Virus record (IMG/VR): IMGVR_UViG_3300029549_000273
Source: a virus
Taxonomy: Duplodnaviria > Heunggongvirae > Uroviricota > Caudoviricetes
DNA: 45,135 bases
Reading direction: 5' to 3' (one strand)
Shown here: piece by piece, positions 28,790 to 38,097 of the stretch
Layout: each line of letters opens with the position of its first letter
How positions within the stretch are numbered: position 1 is the stretch's first letter
Translations under genes and position numbers: made by a program
The notes under the pieces: generated by a model
Told to the model about the DNA's origin: nothing
The model's database searches: none
Seen by the model: the letters and a program-made list of their open reading frames with translations, nothing else

Positions 28790-29146
28790 TCACTTCACCT
28801 CCAATTCCACGATTTTCCAGTCATTGTCTCCGTGATGGTTCGCCCATGCGTTGTCTTCGTGGATTTCAAAGTCATCGTAGCAATCTCCGATATGCAGATT
28901 ATTGGCATCCGCAACGCCGGTCTGAGCAATCTCAGCCAGCATCTGTGCCTGCGCTGCTTCGAGAGATGGAAACTGCTCTGCGGTGATTTCACGGTCAAGG
29001 ACCGAAATCAGCAGGTATGGCTTTGCGGCAGTCTTGTTTTGCTCTTCCATTGCCTTTGCAATACGCTCTGCGCTCTTTACAAGGGATGGAAAGTCGTGAT
29101 TGAGGAACCGTTGTCCGGCGACTGTTTCAGCAAAATTCATTTTCAT
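28790..29146 (-). CDS. hypothetical protein
   Basis: first gene after E8. Confidence 0.65.
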   Translation of the reverse strand: MKMNFAETVAGQRFLNHDFPSLVKSAERIAKAMEEQNKTAAKPYLLISVLDREITAEQFPSLEAAQAQMLAEIAQTGVADANNLHIGDCYDDFEIHEDNAWANHHGDNDWKIVELEVK

Positions 29147-29173
29147 TTCTCCTTTTTGTTTATGAAATTTTTA

Positions 29174-29314
29174 TATATAAAAGCCAGCATCCGCAATGGA
29201 TGCTGACTGAATTTTCTTTATGTATGTGATACTTCCTTTGTATGGTTTCAGCATACCGGCAGGCACAGAAAACGGCGCATTCTACCGCTCGGAACCTGAG
29301 AACCAAAGAACCTC
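29174..29314 (-). promoter_or_regulatory. conserved regulatory module E8
   Basis: GGAACCTG AGAACCAA AGAACCTC from 29291; -10 29250-29255; 35-nt gap. Confidence 0.85.
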
Positions 29315-29455
29315 GTGACTTTGTAAGAAAAACGGGCCTTCCCTCTCGGAGAAATAGCGCAAATCTGCCCTATCAGGGTGCAGTTCTGCCCCGTCTTGGG
29401 ACAATTCTGCTCTTGTATGGGTCTTTGAAATTTAGGCAAAAAAAGTGAGCAGGCA

Positions 29456-29713
29456 TTAAGCCTGCTCACGGGTTGCGATTCTGCGGAAGTTTTCCACCAC
29501 ACGCTCGTCGATATGGGCGGTACTATTGCAAGAGTCTTTCGCTTCCTTGCGTGCCTCAATAATAATTGTGTTCACGATGTCACTACTCACCCGCTTGGTA
29601 ATGCGGGTATGGTTCATGTGTTCAGCGAAGTCCACGAGGTCATCTGCCTCGTGATAATCAAGCCCACAACGGCCAAGAAAACCGGCTGTGAGCTGCACGA
29701 GCCACTGTCTCAT
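29456..29713 (-). CDS. hypothetical protein
   Basis: GGAGG RBS. Confidence 0.5.
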   Translation of the reverse strand: MRQWLVQLTAGFLGRCGLDYHEADDLVDFAEHMNHTRITKRVSSDIVNTIIIEARKEAKDSCNSTAHIDERVVENFRRIATREQA

Positions 29714-29845
29714 TCATCACCACCTCCGCCTGCAAGACGGTTTACATCGGCACCCTCCATTTTTTCAATTTCTTCGGCGGTGTAGGGCTGTCCCATGGCC
29801 GCATAATCTGATGTACTCATTTTTCCATTTCCTCCTTCAAAAAAA

Positions 29846-30046
29846 TCAATCGTAATATATCTTTCCGTGCTGGTCGAGGGCAATCACTTCCTGCGGATTC
29901 TGCGCCTGAGCAATGAGCGCGGTAAGATGCTCCAGCGTCTCGTCCTCGTCGCGATGAATGCGGAAGATGCCCATATCCGTGCTGATTTTCCAGGTGGTAT
30001 CATAGCCCGGACGTTTTTCCAAAAGCTCAACTTTTCTGGCTTCCAT
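29846..30046 (-). CDS. small hypothetical protein
   Basis: AAGGAG RBS before MEARK. Confidence 0.55.
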   Translation of the reverse strand: MEARKVELLEKRPGYDTTWKISTDMGIFRIHRDEDETLEHLTALIAQAQNPQEVIALDQHGKIYYD

Positions 30047-30135
30047 GATTAAATCTCCTTTTTGTGTGATAAGTGTTGGGTGGTCTACATCCGTGCTTTT
30101 TGCGGCAGCGGCGAGGCAAATGCAATAAGTGTTGG

Positions 30136-30213
30136 ATACTTCCTGAATATACCTCAATACTACCATCTCACTCCCTTCTGAATAACCTTTTTCTATAGGA
30201 ACCTAAGAACCTC
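30136..30213 (-). promoter_or_regulatory. degenerate regulatory module E9
   Basis: GATACTTCC core, -10-like TAGTAT 30157-30162, GGAACCTA AGAACCTC at 30198 (35-nt gap). Confidence 0.6.
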
Positions 30214-30225
30214 GGCACCTATAGA

Positions 30226-30254
30226 TTGACTTTTGAGTTAATGTGTGGTATAAT
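30226..30254 (+). promoter_or_regulatory. canonical sigma-A promoter
   Basis: TTGACT-17nt-TATAAT with extended TG. Confidence 0.8.
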
Positions 30255-30283
30255 AGCATTATTGAGGAGCGGAGGTTTAATCA

Positions 30284-31759
30284 ATGCAGAGAATTTTAGG
30301 ATTGCTCAATCAGAGCAACAGTCTGGAACATATCGTGCGACTGTCCAATATTGAGACAGAAGATGACCTCAATCGGTGCATCGCAGACCAATATGCGGTC
30401 GCTTTTACAAAAGCACAGTGGGTGGCACGCTTCCCGAAGATTCCACCGGAAAATGTCGTCTGCGCACAGGGAACGCTGAATGTGAATGGCTTAATGTACT
30501 ACGACCCTAAACACGGCATCTGCTTCCCCCTTCATCTGTTTGGGAACTCCCTTCTGTTCGACAAAACGGACGATGATTTTCAGCGGCGGACGTGCAGCAT
30601 GATTTCGGAGTTGGAGCAGTGTCATGCTGACCGGGATTACCGGCGCTTGCTTCAGCCGGTTGTCAGCGAAGGTACGGGTAAAATCGTCATGCAGCTGCTC
30701 CTCGACCTTCTGAATGCAGACGAACCAAACTCAAAGCTGTATACAACTATCATTCACGAGTATTCCTTCTGTGATGGCGGTGCGGGCGTTCTCGCAAACT
30801 CCCCTGATTTTGCAGAAAAGATGATGCGCTGTAAGAGCCGCCAGCAGAAAGCAAGCACACGGAAGAAGCTGAAGGGATTTCCTGATGTGATTCCTGTTTA
30901 TCGTGGAGAAGGCAGTGAAAGCACTCCATATACCAAGGCTTTTTCGTGGACAACCGAAATCAATACTGCCTATTTTTTTGCATCCCGCCTTGGCGGAGAA
31001 CGTTCCCGCGTTGTGAATGGATTCGTGAAGAAGGAAGATGTTCTGGAGTATCTTGCTGACCGCAACGAATCGGAAATCATTGTGTTTCCTGACAAGGTGC
31101 AGGATATTACAGTTTGCGATTGCTATACGCTGGACGAATTTGCCTCCAACATTAAAAAGCCGATGGACGGGTATCGGAATACGGGCATCAGCCGTGTTAC
31201 CGCAGCAGACCTGTTCTCCGAGGTCCACTCAGCGTACTGCGACCTACCGGACAGCTGTGACCATGATAATACCCATGCGCTGCGTGTGGCGCTTATGGCT
31301 ATGTTTCTCTACCGTGTGCGCGTGCTTTCCCGCTATACCGGCAAGGATACGCCTTTGGGCCGCAGAAAAAATGTAGCTGAGATTTGCAAGTCCCTTCTGT
31401 TCGCGGCGGCGTGGCATGACACAGGACGTACCAGCGATTTTGAATCCCCTGACCACGGAGCCAGAAGTGCCGGGTTGTTCGAGAATAGCTATGGTTTAGA
31501 TGATGTGGCGCGATTCCTTATGACATATCATTGCCGTTCAGACGAGGAGGCAAAAGCATATCTGGATGAACACGCTGACCCTGCCCTCCGTAATGACATC
31601 TGGGAGGCGTACATGGTGCTCAAGGATGCCGACGCGCTGGACCGCTGGCGGTTCGGCACACTCAGTTCCGACTTTATCAATGTAAGTATGCTGCATCTTG
31701 AGGAGTCCAAACGCCTGATGCCGGTGGCCGCCGTGCTGCAAAACGTAAAGCTGTCTTAA
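30284..31759 (+). CDS. ADP-ribosyltransferase-like (R-S-E) domain fused to HD phosphohydrolase
   Basis: YRG (206-208), SWT (221), ESE (262-264); HD domain H..HALRV, WHDTGR (378-379), YH, DADALDR. Confidence 0.7.
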   Translation: MQRILGLLNQSNSLEHIVRLSNIETEDDLNRCIADQYAVAFTKAQWVARFPKIPPENVVCAQGTLNVNGLMYYDPKHGICFPLHLFGNSLLFDKTDDDFQRRTCSMISELEQCHADRDYRRLLQPVVSEGTGKIVMQLLLDLLNADEPNSKLYTTIIHEYSFCDGGAGVLANSPDFAEKMMRCKSRQQKASTRKKLKGFPDVIPVYRGEGSESTPYTKAFSWTTEINTAYFFASRLGGERSRVVNGFVKKEDVLEYLADRNESEIIVFPDKVQDITVCDCYTLDEFASNIKKPMDGYRNTGISRVTAADLFSEVHSAYCDLPDSCDHDNTHALRVALMAMFLYRVRVLSRYTGKDTPLGRRKNVAEICKSLLFAAAWHDTGRTSDFESPDHGARSAGLFENSYGLDDVARFLMTYHCRSDEEAKAYLDEHADPALRNDIWEAYMVLKDADALDRWRFGTLSSDFINVSMLHLEESKRLMPVAAVLQNVKLS

Positions 31760-31800
31760 TCTATTCTGCGCCAATTCAAAAATTTTCAAGGAGAAAAAAC

Positions 31801-32922
31801 ATGAAAAAAATCATATCATCTCTACTTTCCTTGTGTCTGACATTTTCCTTGTCAGTCCCTGCCTTTGCAAGCGAGAAAACGCTCCAGAAAGTGAATCAGT
31901 ACACGCCCGGACAGTTCACCGATGTCCCCGATACACTCTGGTGCGCATCTAACGTCCAGTCCGTTTATGAGTATGGCCTTATGAACGGCGTATCCGACAG
32001 CTATTTCAGCGTGAACGGTGAGTTGACCGTTATCCAGTCCATTGTCATGGCCTGCCGCATCCACGCCAACTATTACGGCAATGCCATCGACACCACCGAT
32101 GCAAGCGTCTGGTATCAGCCCTATGTGGATTACGCGAAAGCACACAAGCTGGTATGGGAGGCGGACAGTGCCTACAACAGCCCCGCTCGCAGAGAAACCT
32201 TTGTGACGATTTTCAGCTATGCCATGCCGGAGGAGGCTCTGAATGCCATCAACGATGTGGAGGATGGGGCTATTCCCGATGTTGCCGTGAGCGCCGCATA
32301 CGCGCAGTCTGTCTACCGTTTCTATCGCGCCGGCATCCTAACCGGCAATGACGCCAAGGGAACCTTTGGCCCGCAGACCACTATTGCCCGTGGCGCTGCT
32401 GCGGCTATCATTAGCCGTATGGCGGACCCCTCTCTGCGGAAATCCTTCACGCTCCACCAGCAGCCCTTTGAGCCGGTTCCTATCAGTCAGCTTGCCAACT
32501 ACAAGAGTCTCAAAAAGAGTATGACCGATTCCGAACTTCAGGCCGCCTATGACGCGGCGCGAAAAATCATTGAACCTCTTGCTAAGAAGGACCGTACCGA
32601 GCAGCTGAAGGGCATTGCGTCGGCGCTGCGTGACATGGTGGATAGTGGCAAGGTTGCATATACGACCTCAGAGCCGCACTACAATGACCCATACGGCTTC
32701 TTCGTTTCCGGTGTCGCCTCGTGTGCGGGCTGTACGCGAGCGACTGGTCTGTGCCTGAATATGTTGGGTATTCCCTATGAACACGTCAATGAGAACCAGT
32801 ACACGCATCAGTGGTGCCGCGTGGATATGGGCGGTGGCGTGTATTGGATTTGCGATGCTTACGGATTGTACTGCGGTCCTGAATCCGCGCCGTACCTGCA
32901 TCCCAATTTCCCCAATGCCTAA
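31801..32922 (+). CDS. S-layer homology (SLH) protein with transglutaminase-like domain
   Basis: signal peptide, FTDVP/GLMNG and PDV/GILTG/IARG SLH motifs, SCAG..HQWCRV..CD triad. Confidence 0.8.
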   Translation: MKKIISSLLSLCLTFSLSVPAFASEKTLQKVNQYTPGQFTDVPDTLWCASNVQSVYEYGLMNGVSDSYFSVNGELTVIQSIVMACRIHANYYGNAIDTTDASVWYQPYVDYAKAHKLVWEADSAYNSPARRETFVTIFSYAMPEEALNAINDVEDGAIPDVAVSAAYAQSVYRFYRAGILTGNDAKGTFGPQTTIARGAAAAIISRMADPSLRKSFTLHQQPFEPVPISQLANYKSLKKSMTDSELQAAYDAARKIIEPLAKKDRTEQLKGIASALRDMVDSGKVAYTTSEPHYNDPYGFFVSGVASCAGCTRATGLCLNMLGIPYEHVNENQYTHQWCRVDMGGGVYWICDAYGLYCGPESAPYLHPNFPNA

Positions 32923-32968
32923 TTTGCGAATCTCTTGACTTTTTTCACTTCTCTGTTATACTGAACAT

Positions 32969-33044
32969 AGTGATTGTGTCCCGGAATGGTTGTGCGCCAC
33001 GGGACCTGGCTGGAGAACCCTTTCCCGGTTCTCCAGCCTTTTTT
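32969..33044 (+). ncRNA. candidate ~75-nt small RNA
   Basis: TTGACT-16nt-TATACT promoter with extended TG (32935-32962), hairpin, 12-bp terminator plus T6, no RBS-linked ORF. Confidence 0.5.
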
Positions 33045-33253
33045 GTTTCCTTTGAGAGTGCGCAAAACACACGAAAAACGCATGGAATGTGCGTTTTCCA
33101 AAAAAGAAAAGGCACCCTTCGGGTGCCTTTTCGCAAGGTTGTGATTCAATTCTCCTCCTTTTTCGGGGTATTCGACATTTTGTGTGGGATTAGCTGGGGC
33201 TGACGAAGAGCCAGACTCAGCGCAATCCGCAGTTTTGTTGTAAGCATATACAA

Positions 33254-33433
33254 TCAGACAGCGAAATACGCGATGTCGCACTCGTCCAAAATATCTTCCA
33301 CTTCATCACAGTCCTCATCGTTTTCAACAATCAACCTATCTAAAGGACCCCAATCGTAGTCAATGCCTGCTTCATCGAGTTTTTCTTCTACGAGGGCACA
33401 TTCATCCCCATCGAGAATACAGTATCTTTTCAT
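33254..33433 (-). CDS. very acidic small protein (59 aa)
   Basis: GGAGG RBS, overlapping stop/start. Confidence 0.55.
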   Translation of the reverse strand: MKRYCILDGDECALVEEKLDEAGIDYDWGPLDRLIVENDEDCDEVEDILDECDIAYFAV

Positions 33434-33780
33434 TTTTCCTCCATTTCTTTTCGCCAATTTTCAGACAGATTGAACACCGCCGCATAGAAGGCATCTGCCG
33501 CCTCCAGCGTCTGGTTGTCGCGGAAATTATCGGCTGCCTTGCAGATGCGCTCACTCAGGGCAAGAGCTGAACGGTCGAGGAACTCCTCTTTGGAGTGCTC
33601 GGTCATATAGGCCGCAAGAATAGCCTTTTTTTCTTCGGCAGCCTGCTTCTTCGTGACAACGCCTTTCTGATATGCCGCGTACAGGGTGCGAAGTGCCAGG
33701 TAATACCCCTGCTCTGCAAGTGTAAGACCTTTCGGCAGCTCATAGCCCTTCATTGCAGCTTTCTCCAGCTTAACATCCAT
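33430..33780 (-). CDS. hypothetical protein
   Basis: GGAGG RBS. Confidence 0.65.
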   Translation of the reverse strand: MDVKLEKAAMKGYELPKGLTLAEQGYYLALRTLYAAYQKGVVTKKQAAEEKKAILAAYMTEHSKEEFLDRSALALSERICKAADNFRDNQTLEAADAFYAAVFNLSENWRKEMEEK

Positions 33781-34777
33781 TGGACTTCACCTCCAGCTTC
33801 ACCGACTCGATGGCGCGAATAGCGTTGCCGAATCGCTTTGTGAGATGGTGGTCTTCTGCCCATTTCAGTACCGCTTTTTCACTTGGAAACATTTTGGCCT
33901 TCTCAGAAGAAGTGGAAGTCCAGATGCGGCTTCTCGTGAGCTTCACGATATAGGCTCCAGCCCTGTCTCCTTCCGTGATACGCAGAGCAAACAACTTCTC
34001 CGCAGGCTTGGAACTTTTAGCACTGTCAGCGCCAGCCCGTTCAAATGTGACCTTACTTGCGTGGAACGTGATACTGCCGAGTTCAGCAATGGCGTCGTCG
34101 ATGTTCTTAAACACCTTTGCAGCAGCTCTATTGCGTTCGTAATTCCGGCAGCTGTGCTCCGTCTTTGTGTAGTAGCCATAAGGAGCCACTTTCACGACAA
34201 CCGGTTCGTCATCACTCAGGGATGCCATCTTTTCGATGGAAAGCGGTTCACGGCCCTCAAAGGACAGATACGGGTAGAATTCCGTTACCGTTTTGTCGCT
34301 TCCATATACCTTCCACGCGCTTTCCATTTCCTCGGCAAACGCCTCAAGTTCCTGTGTTGTCTTGCAGTAGCAGTTGTGGACTGTTTCGCGCTTGTCCCCA
34401 CGCCATACAACGATTCTGCCGTACAAAGGCGTATTGGGGCGGAAAAAGTTGATGCGTTCGATGTTCATGGCATTTCTGATGCCGCTCTCAACCCACTTGA
34501 GCACATCCTTGCAATACAGCCACTTTCCGCCCTGCTTCGCAAATTCGTAATCCGCGCCGTCACCGGTCGAGATAGCTCTCGCCCGTTCCAGCAGCTCTTC
34601 CGCAGGGATGGCAATGCGCTTATCCTTGTTGCTCAGCGTCATGGGATACCAGTTCCGTTCGAGGACTTCTCTTCCCTGAATAAATTCTGTGCAGTTGTTT
34701 GAACCGCTCAAAATCATTGGGATGATGCCTTTTGTCGTTTTTACAAACTGCCTCCCGTAGATAATGGAATAACTCAT
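33770..34777 (-). CDS. hypothetical protein (GSNNC motif)
   Basis: 335 aa, first gene after E10. Confidence 0.7.
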   Translation of the reverse strand: MSYSIIYGRQFVKTTKGIIPMILSGSNNCTEFIQGREVLERNWYPMTLSNKDKRIAIPAEELLERARAISTGDGADYEFAKQGGKWLYCKDVLKWVESGIRNAMNIERINFFRPNTPLYGRIVVWRGDKRETVHNCYCKTTQELEAFAEEMESAWKVYGSDKTVTEFYPYLSFEGREPLSIEKMASLSDDEPVVVKVAPYGYYTKTEHSCRNYERNRAAAKVFKNIDDAIAELGSITFHASKVTFERAGADSAKSSKPAEKLFALRITEGDRAGAYIVKLTRSRIWTSTSSEKAKMFPSEKAVLKWAEDHHLTKRFGNAIRAIESVKLEVKSNGC

Positions 34778-34811
34778 TTTTCATTTCTCCTTTTCATGTT
34801 TTCTGGTGGGA

Positions 34812-34943
34812 TATATAAAAGCCAGCGGCCTGAAACCGCTGACTGAACTTTCCTTGTGTTTGCGATACTTCCTTTGTATGCTCTCAGTATACCGACAGAA
34901 ACGGGAGACACCTCATTCCCCCCTTCAGGAACCTGAGAACCCA
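34812..34943 (-). promoter_or_regulatory. conserved regulatory module E10
   Basis: GGAACCTG AGAACCCA from 34928; -10 TATACT 34886-34891; 36-nt gap. Confidence 0.85.
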
Positions 34944-34997
34944 CAATCGTTGAAAAAGGAAAAAGCGCAGAGAGGAAATTCCCCTCTGCGCTTTTTG

Positions 34998-35447
34998 TTA
35001 AGCGTATCTGACCGCCGCAGCGAATACCATCCGGTTGAAGCCGGTGGACTTGCCGCAAATTACATAGCGGTCATTCTGGTAATGCGTAGGTTCGGTGTAC
35101 CCTGCGGCACGAAGCTCCTTCTCTGTGCCGTATACTGCCTCCAGTGTGACGTTACAGAAGCGAGGGGTGTATACTCTGTCACCCGCTTCCAGGTCTCCTC
35201 GTTCCTTGCGGGCAAGCTCCTCACGGTACGCCTGCTTGTATTCCGGCTGAGAGAGCACCGACACACGGGGCGTACTGCTGCTGTCCTCAAAGATGCGATT
35301 CACGGAGGAAATGACCTTGCCGGATGCCGCTTTCTTCGCGCAGAAGCGATACAGTTCCTCCTGGGCGTTCTCTTCGTCGCATTCCACGAAGCAGCTGCCA
35401 TACTGGAAATTGACGCGGTAAATGATGCCTTTAATTTCGTGATACAT
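34998..35447 (-). CDS. hypothetical protein
   Basis: AAGGAG RBS before MYHE. Confidence 0.6.
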   Translation of the reverse strand: MYHEIKGIIYRVNFQYGSCFVECDEENAQEELYRFCAKKAASGKVISSVNRIFEDSSSTPRVSVLSQPEYKQAYREELARKERGDLEAGDRVYTPRFCNVTLEAVYGTEKELRAAGYTEPTHYQNDRYVICGKSTGFNRMVFAAAVRYA

Positions 35448-35460
35448 GATTTTTCTCCTT

Positions 35461-35697
35461 TCAGTCGGCGCTATCTTTGCCTTCGCACTCGGCCCATTCG
35501 GCCTCACAGGGCCAAATCTCGGAGCCGAACCCTCTGTCCTGCTCCCATTCCTGGAACAATTCCTGAATGGGGGTGGAGATGCGGTCGCTGTCCTCCGGGT
35601 CATCGTACTGAAGGCTTTGCAGTTCCTCCATCAGTTCACGCAAGGAATGCCCGTGGTCGAGCATCCATTGCAGTCGAAATTTCTCATAATCGCTCAT
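35461..35697 (-). CDS. small acidic hypothetical protein
   Basis: AAGGAG RBS. Confidence 0.6.
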   Translation of the reverse strand: MSDYEKFRLQWMLDHGHSLRELMEELQSLQYDDPEDSDRISTPIQELFQEWEQDRGFGSEIWPCEAEWAECEGKDSAD

Positions 35698-35745
35698 ATT
35701 GTTCTCCTTTCTCGGCGGGGCCAGAAATCCGGCCCCGCATTCTGT

Positions 35746-35961
35746 TCACTTTTTTGACTTCCGTAGTGGACATTTCCTTGGAGCCGTTTCACCGTAGAAA
35801 ATGATTGGCAGCTTAGTCTCGCCGTCCTTGTGATGGCAAACATAGCCCTTCTGGCCAAAAAGTCCAGAGCGCCAACTCCCACTATTTCCTTTCCTCGGAA
35901 AGTCATAGGCCTTGGCAAACTCACAGTCTCTGCATTTTTGCATAGATGTCACCAGCCGCAC
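35746..35961 (-). CDS. small Cys-rich protein (CxxC...CPL)
   Basis: operon context. Confidence 0.5.
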   Translation of the reverse strand: MRLVTSMQKCRDCEFAKAYDFPRKGNSGSWRSGLFGQKGYVCHHKDGETKLPIIFYGETAPRKCPLRKSKK

Positions 35962-36743
35962 ACAGTTGCCTTCTTGGCGTAATAGTCGCTGGCTTCTCTC
36001 ACCGAGATGATGTCGAAGCAGGATTCCAGAGTGTGCATGACCTTACGAATCGTTTCTGTATCCAGGTCTGCACGTTCCATAGCGACAGCGGCATAGCCCA
36101 AGCAGGCATCATTGCGCCACGGACCGTTGAGAGAATCAAGCGTTTCTGTGGGCTGAGCGGCATCTTCCTGAGCAGGAGTTTCCGCATCCGGCTGCTGAGT
36201 GCCGCCGTATTCCTCAAAGGTATCGAAATCTCCAACCTCCGCCACACCGTCGCAGGTGCATTCACGGTCAACGAAGTCCTTATTGCCAAGTTCGATGTCG
36301 CCGGCGTTGCACAGCTCCTGCGCGGTCACTTCGGCGTCGATGCGCTCGGCGGCCCAGACGATAACGGTGCGGGAGAGCGTTTCCTGAACGGTCACGCAAT
36401 ACGGGAGTTTACCGCTCTCCGGAGCGGTTCTCACAGACTCCCAGCCCTTACTCGCCTCTTCGAAGCGCTTGACCAGCTCTTCGGCGGTGATTTCGAGTGT
36501 AGGCTTCTGCCCGGTCTCCTCGATGCGCTCCCACTCGAACCACGGATGGTCCGAGTCCGTTTCCGTATCGAATTTTCGCTCCGGCATCCCTACACGGGAC
36601 GGCACGAAATACTCCTTTTCGTCCAAGCAGGCGATGATGCGCTGCTCCTGCTCCTCGGTCATCTCACCAAGGATGACGCATTCGTTCTGGACCTTGTAGT
36701 TGTCCGCATCGCGGTACAGGTAATGAATTCTGGTATTCATCAT
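35949..36743 (-). CDS. multidomain protein with a DpnD/PcfM-like domain
   Basis: YCVTVQETLSRTVIV.A....A.......GDIEL..DF; start MMNTR after GAGGAG. Confidence 0.6.
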   Translation of the reverse strand: MMNTRIHYLYRDADNYKVQNECVILGEMTEEQEQRIIACLDEKEYFVPSRVGMPERKFDTETDSDHPWFEWERIEETGQKPTLEITAEELVKRFEEASKGWESVRTAPESGKLPYCVTVQETLSRTVIVWAAERIDAEVTAQELCNAGDIELGNKDFVDRECTCDGVAEVGDFDTFEEYGGTQQPDAETPAQEDAAQPTETLDSLNGPWRNDACLGYAAVAMERADLDTETIRKVMHTLESCFDIISVREASDYYAKKATVCGW

Positions 36744-36762
36744 TTCTTCTCCTCTTAGTAAT

Positions 36763-37215
36763 TTAATCAAATGCTTCCAATTCATTGAAAAGCTGTTCCA
36801 AATCGGAATTTTTCCTGATAGTGGGAATATGTCTCCGGTTTTCACAGAGACTTTCAACGGCGTTCTCGTCGAGCTGGTTGAAATAGTCAGGACTATCGCA
36901 ACTTACCAAGCTGCCATAGCAGCGGTCGAAATAGAAATAGTTGCTATGTGGATTGAAGGCTCCATATTTCTTGTTTCCACCGCTGTCCAGACTCCAGGTG
37001 TCTGCGTCATAGCCGTCGAACCCGCAGCGCAGAATATCAACCGGCTCTTTTCCGGCGAACAGGTCGTTCAGCTCGACCATAGAACGGCAGCGAGTATCGC
37101 CCAAATACCCGTTCTCGTTACAGTCGTCCAACTCTTCAATGGCTGTGGTGAAGACAGACTTGTTATCCTTGAAGAATTGGATGATTTCCTCGATAATGCT
37201 TTCCTTTGTTCTCAT
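36763..37215 (-). CDS. acidic hypothetical protein
   Basis: 150 aa, RBS. Confidence 0.65.
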   Translation of the reverse strand: MRTKESIIEEIIQFFKDNKSVFTTAIEELDDCNENGYLGDTRCRSMVELNDLFAGKEPVDILRCGFDGYDADTWSLDSGGNKKYGAFNPHSNYFYFDRCYGSLVSCDSPDYFNQLDENAVESLCENRRHIPTIRKNSDLEQLFNELEAFD

Positions 37216-37244
37216 TGGTTTTTCCCCTTTTCGGATTTAGTGTC

Positions 37245-37703
37245 TTACGCCGGTATCAGACCGAACGTTTCCTTAAACCAGCTTCTGATTTCCTCCTTGC
37301 TCGTCCCCGCTTTGAACGGAACCGCCGTAGGACTCTCCTGTGTGCCGCACCAGACCGTCCACTCTTCGCGGATGCGGCCCGTCGCGTCTCTTGGCGTCTT
37401 GGCGTAGTCCGTCCAAAGGGACTGTGCGATGTACTTCTTTGCCCACGTCTGAAGCTCTGCGCCCTCCTGCTCCAACACAGTATCCATATAGACCCTTGCG
37501 GAGATACCATCCAGGCTGTCGCCGCAATGCAAATCTATCTGCTTCTGTGCCCATCTGTGCATGAAAGCATACCCAGGCAGGTTTCGAAAACGCCAAATCC
37601 GAGCCGCGAAATTCTTTTCGTAGGCATACTGGACATGATTGTTCTGCTTCCAGCCCAAGGGTACAATGTTGAGCGGACCTTTCGGTAAATCTTCTCTCGT
37701 CAT
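37245..37703 (-). CDS. hypothetical protein
   Basis: AAGGAG RBS. Confidence 0.65.
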   Translation of the reverse strand: MTREDLPKGPLNIVPLGWKQNNHVQYAYEKNFAARIWRFRNLPGYAFMHRWAQKQIDLHCGDSLDGISARVYMDTVLEQEGAELQTWAKKYIAQSLWTDYAKTPRDATGRIREEWTVWCGTQESPTAVPFKAGTSKEEIRSWFKETFGLIPA

Positions 37704-37717
37704 GTTTCGAACTCCTT

Positions 37718-37894
37718 TCAGCAGATTCCGTTCTCTCTGAACTCTGTCAGCAGACCATAGCGCCGACCGAGTTGTTCAAAGACGGACTGCGCGATGGCAA
37801 GCTCCTCGTAGCTTATGGATTGCTCTCCAAACCGTTCCTGCCACTCGATAGCTTTCTCACGCGCCTTTTTCTTTTTTTCCTGATAAGTGCTCAT
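37718..37894 (-). CDS. small hypothetical protein, 58 aa (not in ORF track)
   Basis: MSTYQEKKKKAREKAIEWQERFGEQSISYEELAIAQSVFEQLGRRYGLLTEFRENGIC*, AAGGAG RBS. Confidence 0.65.
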   Translation of the reverse strand: MSTYQEKKKKAREKAIEWQERFGEQSISYEELAIAQSVFEQLGRRYGLLTEFRENGIC

Positions 37895-38097
37895 TCTTTC
37901 AATGTCTCCTTTTCGTTGATTTTTTTGGTATTTGCGAAAATAGGTGGGTGGAGAGAGTTGCTTGGGTTATCCCGCAAGCAACTCTCTTCTTATCTGTATT
38001 TAGCCTTTTGCAGGGCTTACAACGCCATGAAGATGTCTTCCGCATCAGGGGTTTCCCACGAAATCGTGTACATTGCTTTTTCTCCTTTTACAAAAAT

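Noticed and set aside
29229..29243. CsrA/RsmA site (AUACAAAGGAAGUAU)
   Set aside because: GGA is lost in E2 and E6 while the stem is kept, so CsrA binding is unlikely to be the conserved function
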